Notes: generated by a model not told the origin, from the sequence alone. DNA of 64,000 bases from Anthoceros angustus (GCA_010909165.1 MU008157.1:744001-808000), one strand, 5' to 3'. Counted from the stretch's first letter, positions 49,001 to 63,442 are shown. A program made the numbers and translations.

Positions 49001-52000
49001 GCACAAGAAGGAGAGGGACGAGGCAAGGAAAGGTTGGAAAGAGGCCAAGAGGGCTGGATTGCAAGGAGAGCCACCGTGGAAGATGCGGAGCCTCCATGGA
49101 AGAATCATTCGAGTTGTAGCGGCCGAGGAGGTTGCTAAGCAAGCGCCGCTTCTAAGGAAGCACAACTCGACCACTGCTAAGCAACAGCTCCAAGACCAGC
49201 TACAACAAGGAAGAAGGGGCAAGAGGGAGGAGGACAACAGGCCGGGGAGCGGGTAAGCACCGCCTAAGAAGTCTAACTTCCCAATGGTGCATTAGATTGA
49301 GGGATGCTTATCAAGATAACCATGTGCCCGGATTCTCCTTGGCTGGAGAGAAGATTGTCTCCGAAAGTTTATGTTGTTGTGGGCACGAGGGGACATGGAG
49401 GTACTTGATCCATGCCTTGGCACCGGATCCTACCTATGGGTTGGATTCTTAAGGAGGAAACTCTCACCCATCCGATTCAAGAGCTCACCGAGGAGGAGTA
49501 CTGCATTATCGGCGAGCACAAGAGAGAGGAGTCCAGCTCGAGGAGGTAGAGATTTTATGGGAGAGATTGCCCAACCAAGAGGGAGGAGAGCAAGAGGAGA
49601 ACATGGGGCTAGGCGGCCTAGGAGGCCCAGGAGAGGTAATAGGGGTAAGTGGCCTAATAGCTAAAGGCCCATGTGTTATAGATCAGAATCTTATCCTCTC
49701 TCATAGTGGATGAATTGATAGATAGGCCTCTAGGATTGGTAGGCTAAGACCGATTGGTATTTTTGTGGCGCCAAGCGCAGTGGGTGATCTTGGGTATAAG
49801 AGGCACCTCTTGATGAAATGTAAGCAATGTTGGCCTAAGTCTTGGTGTTTGGGGGTGAGCACGGGGTTTGGGAGTACCCGGATCCAGTCTGTAAGCCTAG
49901 ACCTGCTCATCAGGGGAGAAGACTACCAAGTTGCCTAGATCTGTGGCGGATCCGCAAGGGTGGTGGAAAGCAAGGAGGGAGCCTTGAGGTCTCCTTGGAG
50001 GAGTCCTCAAGGTCAAGAGGAAGGGGTTGTGAAGCCGGGAGGCCAGACTCTTCCTCATTCCTTCTAGTCTAGTACTCACCTTGTGTTTGAGTTTTCGGTG
50101 TGTTGGAGATTTGGTGTTTGGAAAATGAGAGGACAAGAGAACTATGAGAGAAGTGGAGAATCGACATGGAGAGTTGCTGATCGGCTGTTTGAGAGGGAGT
50201 AAGAAGGACTGGAGAAGTCTGTAAGTGATGTTGTGTTCTGAAGAAGAGAAGTGAGTGGAGGTTGAAGATCCAGTGGATGAGATGGAATGATTGCGGGTAA
50301 GAGCAAGTATTTTGAGAGTTGGTGAGGGGTTGTAAGGTCTGGATGAGAACCTTGTAAGGGCTGGAGGAGGTGGGAAGTCGATTGAATGGGTCGGTGGTGT
50401 GAGAACAAGGGAGTTGAAGAGAGCTGGGGAAACTTGGAGTGAGGAGGGGCCATGAGGCACCCCAAGGACCGTGAGAGCTGGAAGGGTCTGGGTTCGGAAG
50501 GTGAGCTGAAAGGCTGGACGAGGGGCAAAGTCAAGAAGTGCCGCAAGAGTGAGGGAGAGTTATGGGAGAGATTGCCCAACCAAGGGAGGAGAGCAAGAGG
50601 AGAACATGGGGCTAGGCGGCCTAGGAGGCCCAGAGGTAATAGGGGTAAGTGGCCACAAATAGCTAAAGGCCCATGTGTTATAGGTAAAATCTTATCCTCT
50701 CATAGTGGATGATAGATAGGCCTCTAGGATTGGTAGGCTAAGACCGATTGGTATTTTTGGCAAGCGCCAAGCCTTTGTGATCTTGGGTATAAGAGGCCCT
50801 CTTGATGAAATGTAAGCAATGTTGGCCTAAGTCTTGGTGTTTGGGAGTACGGGGTTTGGGGGTTACGGATCCGGTCTGTAAGTCTAGACCGCTCTCACGA
50901 GAAGACTACCAAGTTGCCTAGATCTGTGGCGGATCCGCAAGAGTGGTGGAAAGCAAGGGAGGGAGCCTTGAGGTCTCCTTGGAGGAGTTTCAAGGTCAAG
51001 AGGAAGGGGTTGTGAAGCCGGGAGGCTGTCACTCTTCCTCATTCCTTGAGTCTAGTACTCACCTTGTGTTTGAGTTTTCGGTGTGTTGGAGGGTGTTTGG
51101 AAAATGAGAGGACAAGAGAACTATGAGAGAAGTGGAGAATCTGGAATGGAGAGTTGCTGATTGGCTGTTTGAGAGGGAGTAAGAAGGACTGGAGAAGTCT
51201 GTAAGTGATGTTTGTGTTCTGAAGAAGAGAAGAGTGGAGGTTGAAGATCCGGAGTGGATGAGATGGAATGATTGTATGACAAGTATTTTGAGAGTTGGTG
51301 AGGGTGTAAGGTCTGGATGAGAACCTTGTAAGGGCTGGAGAGGAGCGAGGGGGAAGTGGAGATTGAATGGGCGTGAGGTGTGAGAACAAAGGAGTTGAAG
51401 AGAGAGAGGGAGGAGGGGTGGCGAGGCACCCCAAGGACTGGAGAGCTGGAAGGGTCTGGGAGCTGGAAGGTGAGCTGAAAGGCTGGACGAGGGGTCTGAA
51501 GAAGTAAGAGTGAGGGAGTTATGGGAGCGGTAATCTGATTGGTGGATCTAACTTTGTGGATGAATAAGAGAGAGAGAGAGGGAAGAGATCAGCTTATCCA
51601 CTTGGATCCCACCGACCCACCTTTTGGACACGATCCCAAGGTGGACCCTCGCTAGAAATAGAGGGTTGCTAAGTTAGCAAGAGGAGAACATGGGGCTAGG
51701 CCTAGGAGGCCAGGGAGGTAATAGGGGTAAGTGGCCACAAATAGCTAAAGGCCCATGTGTTATAGATCTTATCCTCTCTCATAGTGGATGAATTGATAGA
51801 TAGGCCTCTAGGATTGGTAGGCTAAGACCGATTGGTATTTTTGGCAAGCGGCCAAGCTTTGTGGGTGATCTTGGGTATAAGAGGCCCTCTTGATGAAATG
51901 TAAGCAATGTTGGCCTAAGTCTTGGTGTTTGGGGGTGAGCACGGGGTTTGGGGGTTACGGATCCGGTCTGTAAGTCTAGGCTCTTTGTCCGAGGAGGAGA

Positions 52001-53644
52001 AGACTACCAAGTTGCCGGATCATGGCGGATCCGCAAGAGTGGTGGAAAGCAAGGGAGGGGAGGTCTCCTTGGAGGAGTTTCAAGGTCAAGAGGAAGGGGT
52101 TGTGAAGCCGGGAGGCTGTCCACTCTTACTCATTCCCTTCAGCTAGTCTAGTACTCACCTTGTGTTTGAGTTTTCGGTGTTGGAGATTTGGTGTTTGGAA
52201 AATGAGAGGACAAAGTGAACTATGAAGTGGAGAATCTTGGACATGGAGAGTTGCTGATTGGCTGTTTGAGAGGGAGTAAGAAGGAGAAGTCTGTAAGTGA
52301 TGTTTGTGGAGAGGCATGAGTGGAGGTTGAAGATCCAGTGGATGAGATGGAATGATTCGAGTAGGTGAACAAGTATTTTGAGAGTTGGTGAGGGGTTGTA
52401 AGGTCTGGATGAGAACCTTGTAAGGGCTGGAGAGGAGGAGGTGGGAAGTGGAGATTGAATGGGCGGTGAGGTGTGAGAACAAGGGAGTTGAAGAGAGCTG
52501 GGGAAACTTGGAGTGTGGAGAGCGAGGCACCCCAAGGGTGGTGGAAAGCAAGGGAGTTGAGAGCTGGAAGGTGAGCTGAAAGGCTGGACGAGGGGCAAGG
52601 AGTGAAGAAGTCAAGAGTGAGGGAAAGAGTTATGGGAGCGGTAATCTGATTGGTGGATCTAACTTTGTGGATGAATAAGAGAGAGAGAGAGAGAGAGAGA
52701 TCACTTATCCACTTGGATCCCCCCACCCCTATTAATAGCGACTGATCCCAAGGTGGACCCCCTCTGCTAGAAATAGAGGCGGTTGCTAAGTTAGCAAAGG
52801 TCATCCGTTGGGAGCATGGTCGCGTGGCTAAGATAGCCAGTCCGAGTGTTGTTAGGGTAGTGATCAGTCTCGCTAGATGTTTGTGTCAAGAAGAGAGTGG
52901 AGTGGAGGTTGAAGATCCAAATGAGTGGATGAGATGGAATGATTGGGCATAATGAGCAAGTATTTTGAGAGTTGGTGAGGGGTGTAAGGTCTGGATGAGA
53001 ACCTTGTAAGGGCTGGAGAGGAGCCGAGCCGGGAAGTGCATTGAATGGGTGTTGAGGTGTGAGAACAAAGGAGTTGAAGAGAGCTGGGGAAACTTGAGAG
53101 TGGGATAGGGCTGCGAGAGGCACCCCAAGGACTGGAGAGCTGGAAGGGTCTGACCGAGCCCTGGAAGGTGAGCTGAAAGGCCGGACGAGGCAAGGGAGTC
53201 TCAAGAAGTGCCGCAAGAGTGAGGGGAAAAGAGTTATGGGAGCAGAATCCCGATTGGTGGATCTAACCTTGTGGATGAATAAGAGAGAGAGAGAGAGGGG
53301 AGAGATCACTTATCCACTTGGATCCCGACCGACCCACCCCTATTAATAGCCGACTGATCCCAAGGTGGACCCTCTCGCTAGAAATAGAGGGTTGCTAAGT
53401 TAGCAACCGGGCCCGCTGTCGGGAGACAAGAAGGGTCGCGTGGCTAAGATAGCCATGTGTCCGAGTGTTGTTAGGTAGTAGTCCGTCTCAGAATCGCTAG
53501 ATGTTTGACGTGTTGGTTGGATTGGCTATGTTTTGGTTGTCTTGACACGAAATCACTCCCTTGGGTACGAATCTCAAGTCTACAACGATAAAGAGGGTAA
53601 ATGTGGCCTCTTTGTGACCACTTGGTTTAGAAAATCACTCCACA
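43009..53644 (+). repeat. LTR3, 3' LTR (~10.6 kb, multiply duplicated internally)
   Basis: A PPT precedes it. It ends AGAAAATCACTCCACA followed by non-PBS flank CTCCGCG. Re-entry junctions at ~44,835, 47,030, 50,560, 51,680 and 52,880. Confidence 0.85.
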
Positions 53645-54330
53645 CTCCGCGTGCCCATTGTGGCCCTCCCTTCCACGCACCCCCTGTATGTGGCACTTCC
53701 ATCGAAAATTCAGTAGGCTAACCTTAGAAGCAACCTTGGAATGAAGGCTAACCTTAGAAGCAAATGCGCATCAAATCGAGGCAGCATTTGGCTGAGTGTA
53801 GAGGGTACTCCTCCAAAACATGTCAGATGGACAAAAGCGATAAGGGATAAGCTCATGAAGTTGCGTGGCTTAATACAACTGCGAGTCAAAGTGCCGTCAA
53901 GATAATGATGACAATGGAGGAGAAGCTGGACCAAGTGATGAAGGATTGAACTCGGGATGAGTGAAATCGAATCTCGTTTTTCCCGGGGTCCCGAGTTAAT
54001 GTTAAACCGTTGTCGATGTTATCAGTTAGGAAATACCTCTCCGTGGCTTTTGTGGTGTCATAACAAAATCACATTTTCCTCCCAAATCGAAGCGATACAG
54101 CCGTCCCTTCCCGGCAGAACGCCTTCCTCACCGCTTCTTACTTTGCATTATTCCCGAGGTTCGAGTTTCGACCACCATTCGACCACCATTCGACACAAAC
54201 ATTGCCGGATGGAAAGTAGTAACTTTACCGGATGACACCTTTTTTCGTGTGCAATGCCTTCAAACGCTTTTAGGGCCCATCGAAACCCCTTCAGAGATTA
54301 TTTGCGGAAAACCCCCTTCGAGATTATTCA

Positions 54331-54353
54331 CCCCCTTCAAAAATTATCATGTT
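54331..54353 (-). repeat. Right copy of the 23-bp inverted repeat (partner at 15,273-15,295)
   Basis: CCCCCTTCAAAAATTATCATGTT, 22/23 identical to the reverse complement of the left copy; further CCCC(C)TTC motifs at ~54,286 and ~54,312. Confidence 0.5.
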
Positions 54354-54538
54354 TTGGTCAACATTGTCAGAGCGCCGCACCGCTAGATTAGGCGTGTTGG
54401 TGATGCCGCCTGTCAGAGCCGCATGGCCGCCTCCACCAAGCTCAGTCGGCCTCAGATCTCGCATGCCAGGCGCTAAATTGAAAGGAGTTGTTGAAGTGAT
54501 GATTTGAGCCACATTGCGGATTGCATGCTGCTAAAAAA

Positions 54539-56450
54539 CGTGAGGGGCCAGGCAGTTTGCCTGGCTAGGAGTTAGAAATCACGCATTCAGGCTGCGCCAA
54601 TCAATCCCCACACCCTCAAACACCCAAATCATAAGATTCCATTCAGATTTGACAATGTTCTCAAAGGGATTGCAGGAGGACTCTCTTGGACACAGTGCTG
54701 CCAGGCGCGACTTCAACAACTGCCGTTCTCTGCCCTAGCCCTTCTCTTAGCCTCACAGGCGCCGCCATCTCCTCGAGCATGAAATCAGCCAATCAGCCTA
54801 TGAAACAACTAACATAAGCTGTTCTGAAACTAAGCATGTAAAAAGAGACTTAAGAACTTGAACTAGCAAAATCTCAGCCAGCTAGTGGCTGAGAGTCTAA
54901 GTGCCAGCAGCCAAGACTTAGGCTGCCACAAAGGCAATCCCGGGACGCCGGGACTGGGAGAGTCCCAGAGCGCCGGGACTGGGAGAGTCCCAGAGCGCCG
55001 GGACTGGGAGAGTCCCGGGATGCTGGGATTGTGAGAGTCCCCTTCACTCCAAAGTCTCCTCCTCTCCATAGCTGACGCTTTCACGACAGGACTGTCCCAT
55101 ACTCGGGACTGCTGGGAGAGTCCTAGCATAGGGACATTACAGTCCCACTGCCGGGATTGCTGGGAGAGTCCTAGCATGGGGACATTTCAGTCCCTGCCCG
55201 ATCTTGATGAGAGAGTCCCAGTTAGGGACGATGCAGTCACGCCGGGGCGCTAGGAGAGTCCAGTGGGCATTACAGCCCCACGCCGGGCTGGAGGAGCTTT
55301 CACACCAGGCTTGGGGATAGGAGCGAAGTGTCCTTGGGAGCTTGCTGGTTTCCATTCTTTTTGGGAGTGATTCGTTGATTTCGTGCTTCACTCACATGGT
55401 GGATGCACTCTGAGGGATATGAGACTAGCCCCTGCTATCGCCTGAGGACGCGCGACATTTAGCAACGGAACACTCCCGAGCGTGTACAGGATAGGAGAAG
55501 GCGGGCTTCTCAACGTCAGCAATAGGCACAGGAGGAACCGGCGAGCGAGTCACAAGCGCCAAGCACACCACTTGCCGCCTTGGAGACAACAATCACCTGG
55601 TCTCCATTCTCAGATCTTAGCGCCACCGAAGACTACCACAGCCCCTTGCCGGGAGATCAATTAAGACAGATCTGTCCCAATTCAAGTCCTATAGGGACAA
55701 GGCCAGAATCAACTATTCCTTCGGAGGGCTCAGACACCATGGAAGGTGGAGGCCCCTCATACGGGTGGGATAGATTTTCTGGGAGACTTGGCACGCAACC
55801 TTTGTGGGATTTTCGACTGTTCCTCAATGCCATTATCAGCCAGGTTAGGTTCAAACATGGTGTAGCCTACATTCACCAGTACATGTTTGAGCAGCTTTCA
55901 AGTTACTTGACAAACGAAGCATTGGATCTAGATCTGTACGAGGCGCACCAGGCTGATTTGTCTTCCACGGTTTCCACCGTGAACCCTCAGTTCCAAGGAG
56001 CGTTACAGCTTGCTTACAATGGCAGCTGTGATCGCCCACCAGGCCAAGATCACCACTAGGACAGTTTCAACCACTGTTCTGCCGCCATCCGTGGTGAGTC
56101 TGACCACTGCTGAGAGAGTGGCAGCCACAATGGGAGTGCCGAAGTTCATCCAAACTCCCAAGAATGCCAACCCTGTGGAGGAATTCATGGCAATTTAGGG
56201 TGCAAAGCATTCTGGCTGTGTCACAACATCTGGTGCAATAGGAGGAACAGAGTTCCTTTAACTGCCCCACCATGGGACATGGTAGTCCTGACCGGATCGG
56301 CCCCACCATGGGACATAGCAGTCCCACTGCCGGGATTGTCCTAGCCTTGGGACATGGCAATCCCACAGCCGGGATTGGTGGAGCAGCTCAGGGACATGCT
56401 CATGCTTGGGACCCTGGGAGTCCCAACTATCAGCTTTTCACGACATGCGT
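54539..56450 (+). mobile_element. Fragment of another LTR (Gypsy-like) element: ~0.86-kb LTR, candidate PBS and gag remnant
   Basis: LTR-like 54,539-55,396 ends CTCACA followed directly by TGG(TGGATGCAC). It has a 24-bp CGCCGGGACTGGGAGAGTCCCAGAG repeat x3 (~54,947-55,018). ORF 55580..56059 (DRFSG..LWDFRLFL..MFEQLSSYLTNEALDL) resembles a retrotransposon gag N-terminus. No pol follows, and the 5' boundary is approximate. Confidence 0.6.
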
Positions 56451-57343
56451 ATGGTGCACTTCGCCTTCGATAACACTGCCTATTGCGATATCACCTCTTG
56501 ATGCTCCCATGGCTCTCTCTGGGTATAGGTAGTTCGTGTGTATGTGTCCCTGACCATAAATTTTGAGGCTTTGAATTTTCAGTTCTTCTCCTCCTGCCAA
56601 ACAAGTGAACCGGCCTAGCAGCTCCTTTCTCCAAAGTAGGTCTACCAAATCGACTGTGCTGTAGGAGGTGCAAACTTGGAATGGAAATGGAGGTAAGGGC
56701 GTTTGCTCCAAATGCCCTTGTTGCTCGAGTGCACCGTATGAATATGGATTTTTTGGAGCTAGATCCAAAAATAACGAAGTACGCAGACTGTTTGGGGCAA
56801 GAAAACTTTTGACTTTGTATACCATATGGAACCATATGTATATACAAGATTTGTATGTACTTGGTGCAACATGGTTGAAAATCACACATACAGTAGCCTC
56901 TCTGCATACTGCGTTCTAGTATGAAAGAAAGGTAACATTAGGATTTGTGCCCATGTGCCATTTCATGGATGGTTGATTACCTGAGTCCTAGTACAGCTGG
57001 CAGGTAGCAATGACACGGTTAGAATAAGCACAGTGAAATACTCAGGGACTTCATGTCAGCACGCTAACTATGTAGTTGTGCAAGCCAAGGTATCACGGGC
57101 ATCAAGGCAACATTCATACATCCTAAGCGCAGGTAGCTGTAAGAGAAACACATGCAGCCAAAAGCATGATAAAGTCAAGGGTTACCACACTTCCCCACCA
57201 GTAAGTGCAATCATGAGCCAAAGCACAATGGAAGACACTGCCAAAGCACAATGGAAGACACTGTCTTCAAGACCGTAGAAAACAAGAACACGGTATATAG
57301 GCGGTGAGCCGAGGAAAGGGCTCCTGAATATTATGGTATAAGG

Positions 57344-57512
57344 GAGCTTTATAATATTCATTTCGAGCCTCCTGTATAAGTGAGCTTTATAATATTCATT
57401 TCGAGCCTCTTGTATAAGAGAGCTTTATAATATTCATTTCGAAGGGAGCTTTATTATATTCATTTCGAGCCTCCTGTTAAGGAAGGGAGGTTTATGATAT
57501 TCATTTCGAGCC
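57344..57512 (+). repeat. 38-bp AT-rich minisatellite, ~5 copies (one truncated)
   Basis: GAGCTTTATAATATTCATTTCGAGCCTCCTGTATAAG at 57,344, 57,382, 57,420 (truncated), 57,446 and 57,487. Confidence 0.9.
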
Positions 57513-57854
57513 GGCTCTTTGTACTAACAAAAGCACCATGCCCGAGGTTCAACTCCAAACTCGAAGCACATTCGCTGTGGTCCACTAGTCTCATGTCTCG
57601 TTTGCATCCTAATGTACATGAGGACCAGAACCGACGGCGGGATTGTTTACCTCCTCCGTATATGCCCTTGTGGCCCCAGATTTCAGCACCAGTAGCACTT
57701 TGAGGCAACAACGCCGTAAAAAATGAGGGGCCAGAACGCGCTAAAATGATGCTCGCGGCTTGAGCTTGTTTTGTTTTGCAATTTATTGCAAAAGAATGTA
57801 GTGGTGGACGTAGACACGCATCCGGTTCTTCGGAGACATATCACAGTCTGACTC

Positions 57855-59660
57855 TTACTTCCCGAGGAGACGAATCTCTGCCATGCCTTCCCTTCTGGAG
57901 GGTGAGTACCACATAACAAACTTTGCAGCGCCTGTGGGTTCCAGCGAGCAGTCTATACCATAACTTAGATCTTGCATCTCGGGCCATGAGTGGGGAATAC
58001 ACTGATCCATGACATACCTTGCGTCTACCCGAGCCCGAAGAGGCCCAACGACCTGCAATACAAAACGTGAGGATTGAGAGCCTGAGGGGAAGAAGGAAGA
58101 AGTGAAGTAGCATAAAAGGCTTTCCTTCAGGGTCAGGCTAGGAAGTGGCTACCTGCTGCTGCAAAGTAAGAGCAATGGTCGGACCATTCCTGTCCTCCTT
58201 AGCAAGCGCAGTGGTCGCACCACCTTCAGCCGAGGATGGCAAGGCAGCTGCCAGGGCTGATGCAGATCCAACATCTATCCGAGCTCCAAACTTGGTATGA
58301 TCAAACAGGGCTCTCTGGAACAGGCCGAACTGCGCGTCCAGACCGAGGGAGGCAAACGCATCCGCCGACACCAGAGACTTGGAGGGCCGCGCTTCTACAG
58401 CATCAAGCACCTCCTCAGCTCCTCCAGGACCCGTCAAGTGTGTTGCAGCTGCCAACCCCCCTGCACAGGAAGGAAGCGCAGACACATCACAGGCCTGCCC
58501 CTGCCAATCCAACCCAAAGTGCTTGAGCAAAAGAAGAAGCAAATAAGGCTTCCTCACCTACGATGGCAGAGAAGGTGACATGAGGCTGTGCAGCAATCAA
58601 GTTGTAGGGCTTCCTCCTCCGCCGTCCCCCCGGCGTGTGCCCACCCTTCCACACTTGCACCGCATTCTCGAACGAGACAGCAGCCTGGGCACGTGTGCCG
58701 GGCAGTGCAGCCGAGGGCACCGCCTTCACAACCTGCGGCGGGCATGTCTGCTGCGGAGTCCCCGCACTGTGCTGCACCCCCACCCGGTAGCGCAGCCCCG
58801 TCTTGGCCCCCACAGAACTCAAATCCAGAGACAAAACCTGCGGCACATCCCAGTAGCAGGCGTCCTTGTCCACAAGCTGCTCATGCCAAGCCCCCTCGCA
58901 CACGACATCATGTCGCTGGAGCTGCACTGAGAACCGCAATCAGCCCCCGTGGTCAGAAACAAAGCATACACACACACGTCATCCTTCATCATCAGAAACC
59001 ACAATCCAGCAAAGCAGGCAAGGGAAACAAGAAATGAACCGAAACCCTAACCTTTTTCCGCAGACTCACACGAGACCGCCACCCCTGAGAGGTGTCTCCC
59101 AGCGACTCCAGCTCCGAAGTAGCAGACAAGGTGAGGTTCGGTGCCAGCTTCACATGCGCGCGGGCACCGAGCGCGAACAAGCTCCCATCCAGGCACCGCG
59201 AGAACAGGTCGCGAAATCCGTTACTCTCACTCCATAGCCGCTGCGCCCTCACCCGCCCGGTCACAGTTCCCCACCTGAGCAGGCAGCAACGTCAGCTTTC
59301 CTCATCAATCCATCCAAAGCACATCAAATCCATGCCAGGCAGTTCAAATGCAAATGCAAATGCAAATGCAAATGCGATCCAAACACCAGACCTCCCTCTA
59401 AACCCTCCTCACCAGCCAGATCCACCCGCGCTGGCCAGCACCCGGTCCAGCACCAGCCCGCAATCAGGCACCAAGGACGGGGTGCAGGGAAGCCGCATCA
59501 GCTGCTGCAGCAGCAGCAGTTGCTGCGAGCGCGAGAGCTTGGAGGCCCGCAGCAGCCCCAGGGGGGGCGGCTCCAGGGCCACGCTACGCGCCACGGCCTC
59601 CACCGACCTGGCCGACTCCACCTCCTCATTCCAGAACTTGGCAGCCAGAACAGACCTCAT
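57855..59660 (-). CDS. TGD4: TGD4-like chloroplast outer-envelope lipid transfer protein; exons 59,660-59,413, 59,274-59,052, 58,921-58,558, 58,460-58,153, 58,052-57,855 (446 aa)
   Basis: All introns are GT-AG and the exons sum to 1,341 nt in frame. Peptides match recalled TGD4 motifs: VARSVALEPPPLGLLRASKLSRSQQ, LVDKDACYWDVPQVLSLDLSS, KPYNLIAAQPHVTFSAIVG, SADAFASLGLDAQFGLFQRALFDHTKFGARID, LTLQQQ|VVGP, AKFVMWYSP..MAEIRLL. Confidence 0.88.
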
Positions 59661-60659
59661 CGTAGCCACAGCTCTCTCCTCCTTCACGCTCCGCCTTCAG
59701 CATGCACTCTTCCTTAGCCCTAAGCTGGCGCACGTCGCCGACGCCATGGCCGGGGCAGGGAACCAGCCGGAAGCTTCCTCACCTTGGCGGCGGCGGCGGC
59801 GGCGCCATCGCCTCCTCCGACGGGGTGCGCCGCACGCAGCACGCTCTGCGCTCTCGGAGCCGCCGGCCGAGGAAGTGGCTGGGGCAGCACTACATGGTGG
59901 ACGAGAAGGTGAACGAGCGGATCGTGGAGGCGGCCCGAGTCGGGCCGGGGGACGTGGTGCTGGAGATCGGGCCGGGGACGGGGGCCTTGACGGAGGTTCT
60001 GGCGCGGGCCGGGGCGAAGGTCGTGGCGGTGGAGAAGGACCCCGAGATGTTTGCTCTCGTGTCGGAGCGATTCCGGGACAGGGGTGAGCAGGTGGAGATT
60101 GTGTTGCGGGACGTTCTGGATTGGCCCGTGCGGGACTACATGAGCGGCAAGCTCGCTTCCCTCCCGTCCTGCTCCAAGCCCTGCAAGCTGGTGTCCAATC
60201 TGCCCTTCAACATCACGTCGGACGTGGTGAAGATGATCCTGCCCATGGGCGACCTGTTCTCGGACCTGGTGCTGCTGCTGCAGGACGAGGCGGCGGCGCG
60301 GCTGGTGAGCGCGGCGCCGGGGTCGCCGCACTACCGGGCCATGAGCGTGTTCGTGAATTTCTTCTCCCGCCCCGAGTACCGCTTCCCCGTCCCGCGGAGG
60401 AGCTTCTTCCCGGAGCCGAATGTGGATGCCGCGCTGGTCGCGTTCGGGGTGAAGCAGGCGAGGGAGTATCCGGCTGTGGCGTCGCAGAAGGCGTTCTTCA
60501 CGCTGGTTAGCTCCGCGTTCAACAGTAAGAGGAAGATGCTGAGGACGTCGCTCACGCACCTGTACAGCTCCGGGGACGTGCAGGAGGCGCTGCAGGCTGT
60601 GGGGATGCCCGTCACGTCTAGGCCGGAGGAGCTCGGGTTGGAGGAGTTTGTTGCCTTCT

Positions 60660-62914
<2,255 letters not shown>

Positions 62915-63442
62915 GAATTCCTCTGAACGCTTCTACTGCAGGAAGCACGCGTCCTGATCAAGAGGGAACGGAAGAAAGTACTTTGTATGCCTCATGGTAG
63001 CAGAATGACACCCTCAGCAGCCGCTTGATCTCCAAATCTGCATGAGCTGAAGCCGAGCATAGGCAGACCCGGCCACGAGGAGTCCAGCCCGCAGTAGTGT
63101 GCTGATACGCATGTCAAGACTGGAGGGAAGTGTCCCAGAGGCGGGAACATGGTTGTTGGAAGCAGTTACCCGGTTTCCCGAAACCCTAGAAGCTCTCATT
63201 CGCAAAACGTTTCACGTCTGGAAGCCATGGAACCATGCTGTCGAGGAAACATGTGTTCAGACCAGTGCTGAAGATCGGTAACGTTCCCAGACAAGACAAG
63301 CCTATCTTCCCAGTCCGGTCCAGATCCAGTTCCCACACAGATAACGGTCGATCAGACCGATCCCGGAGCTTGCTTGATTGATGTAGTCTGCCTTAAGCGT
63401 ACGGTGGACGCCATGCAGGAATTTTGAGAGCGAGCTGAGTCC

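Larger units (their letters stand above)
16906..53644 (+). mobile_element. Tandem Ty3/Gypsy (Athila/Tat-like, non-chromovirus) retrotransposon: LTR1-internal-LTR2-internal-LTR3; degenerate
   Basis: Three LTRs share the start (TGTGG)TGACCACATGGG (16,906, 29,941, 43,009) and the end AGAAAATCACTCCACA (21,558, 36,951, 53,644). A PBS follows LTR1 and LTR2, a PPT precedes LTR2 and LTR3, and there are two gag-pol copies. Possible 5-bp TSD CCCCG (16,901-16,905) / CTCCG (53,645-53,649) with one mismatch. Confidence 0.9.

Noticed and set aside
56430-56885. 151-aa minus-strand ORF as a gene or transposase fragment
   Set aside because: No recognisable motif, non-ATG start, and no supporting splice structure identified.
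57344-57512. 38-bp repeats as a CRISPR array
   Set aside because: The copies are directly adjacent with no spacers; this is an ordinary minisatellite.
54533-57732. Shared AAAAAA(CG)TGAGGGGCCAG motif at ~54,533 and ~57,717 as element termini
   Set aside because: Only ~17 nt in direct orientation with no extended similarity or TSD; may be chance. It does add uncertainty to the 54,539 LTR start.
59345-59374. (CAAATG)5 repeat giving an NANANA peptide
   Set aside because: It lies in TGD4 intron 1; a simple microsatellite.
59092-60087. 331-aa plus-strand ORF and the 279-aa minus-strand ORF 59720..60559
   Set aside because: These are shadow frames of GC-rich TGD4 and PFC1 exons, with low-complexity translations and no recognisable motifs.
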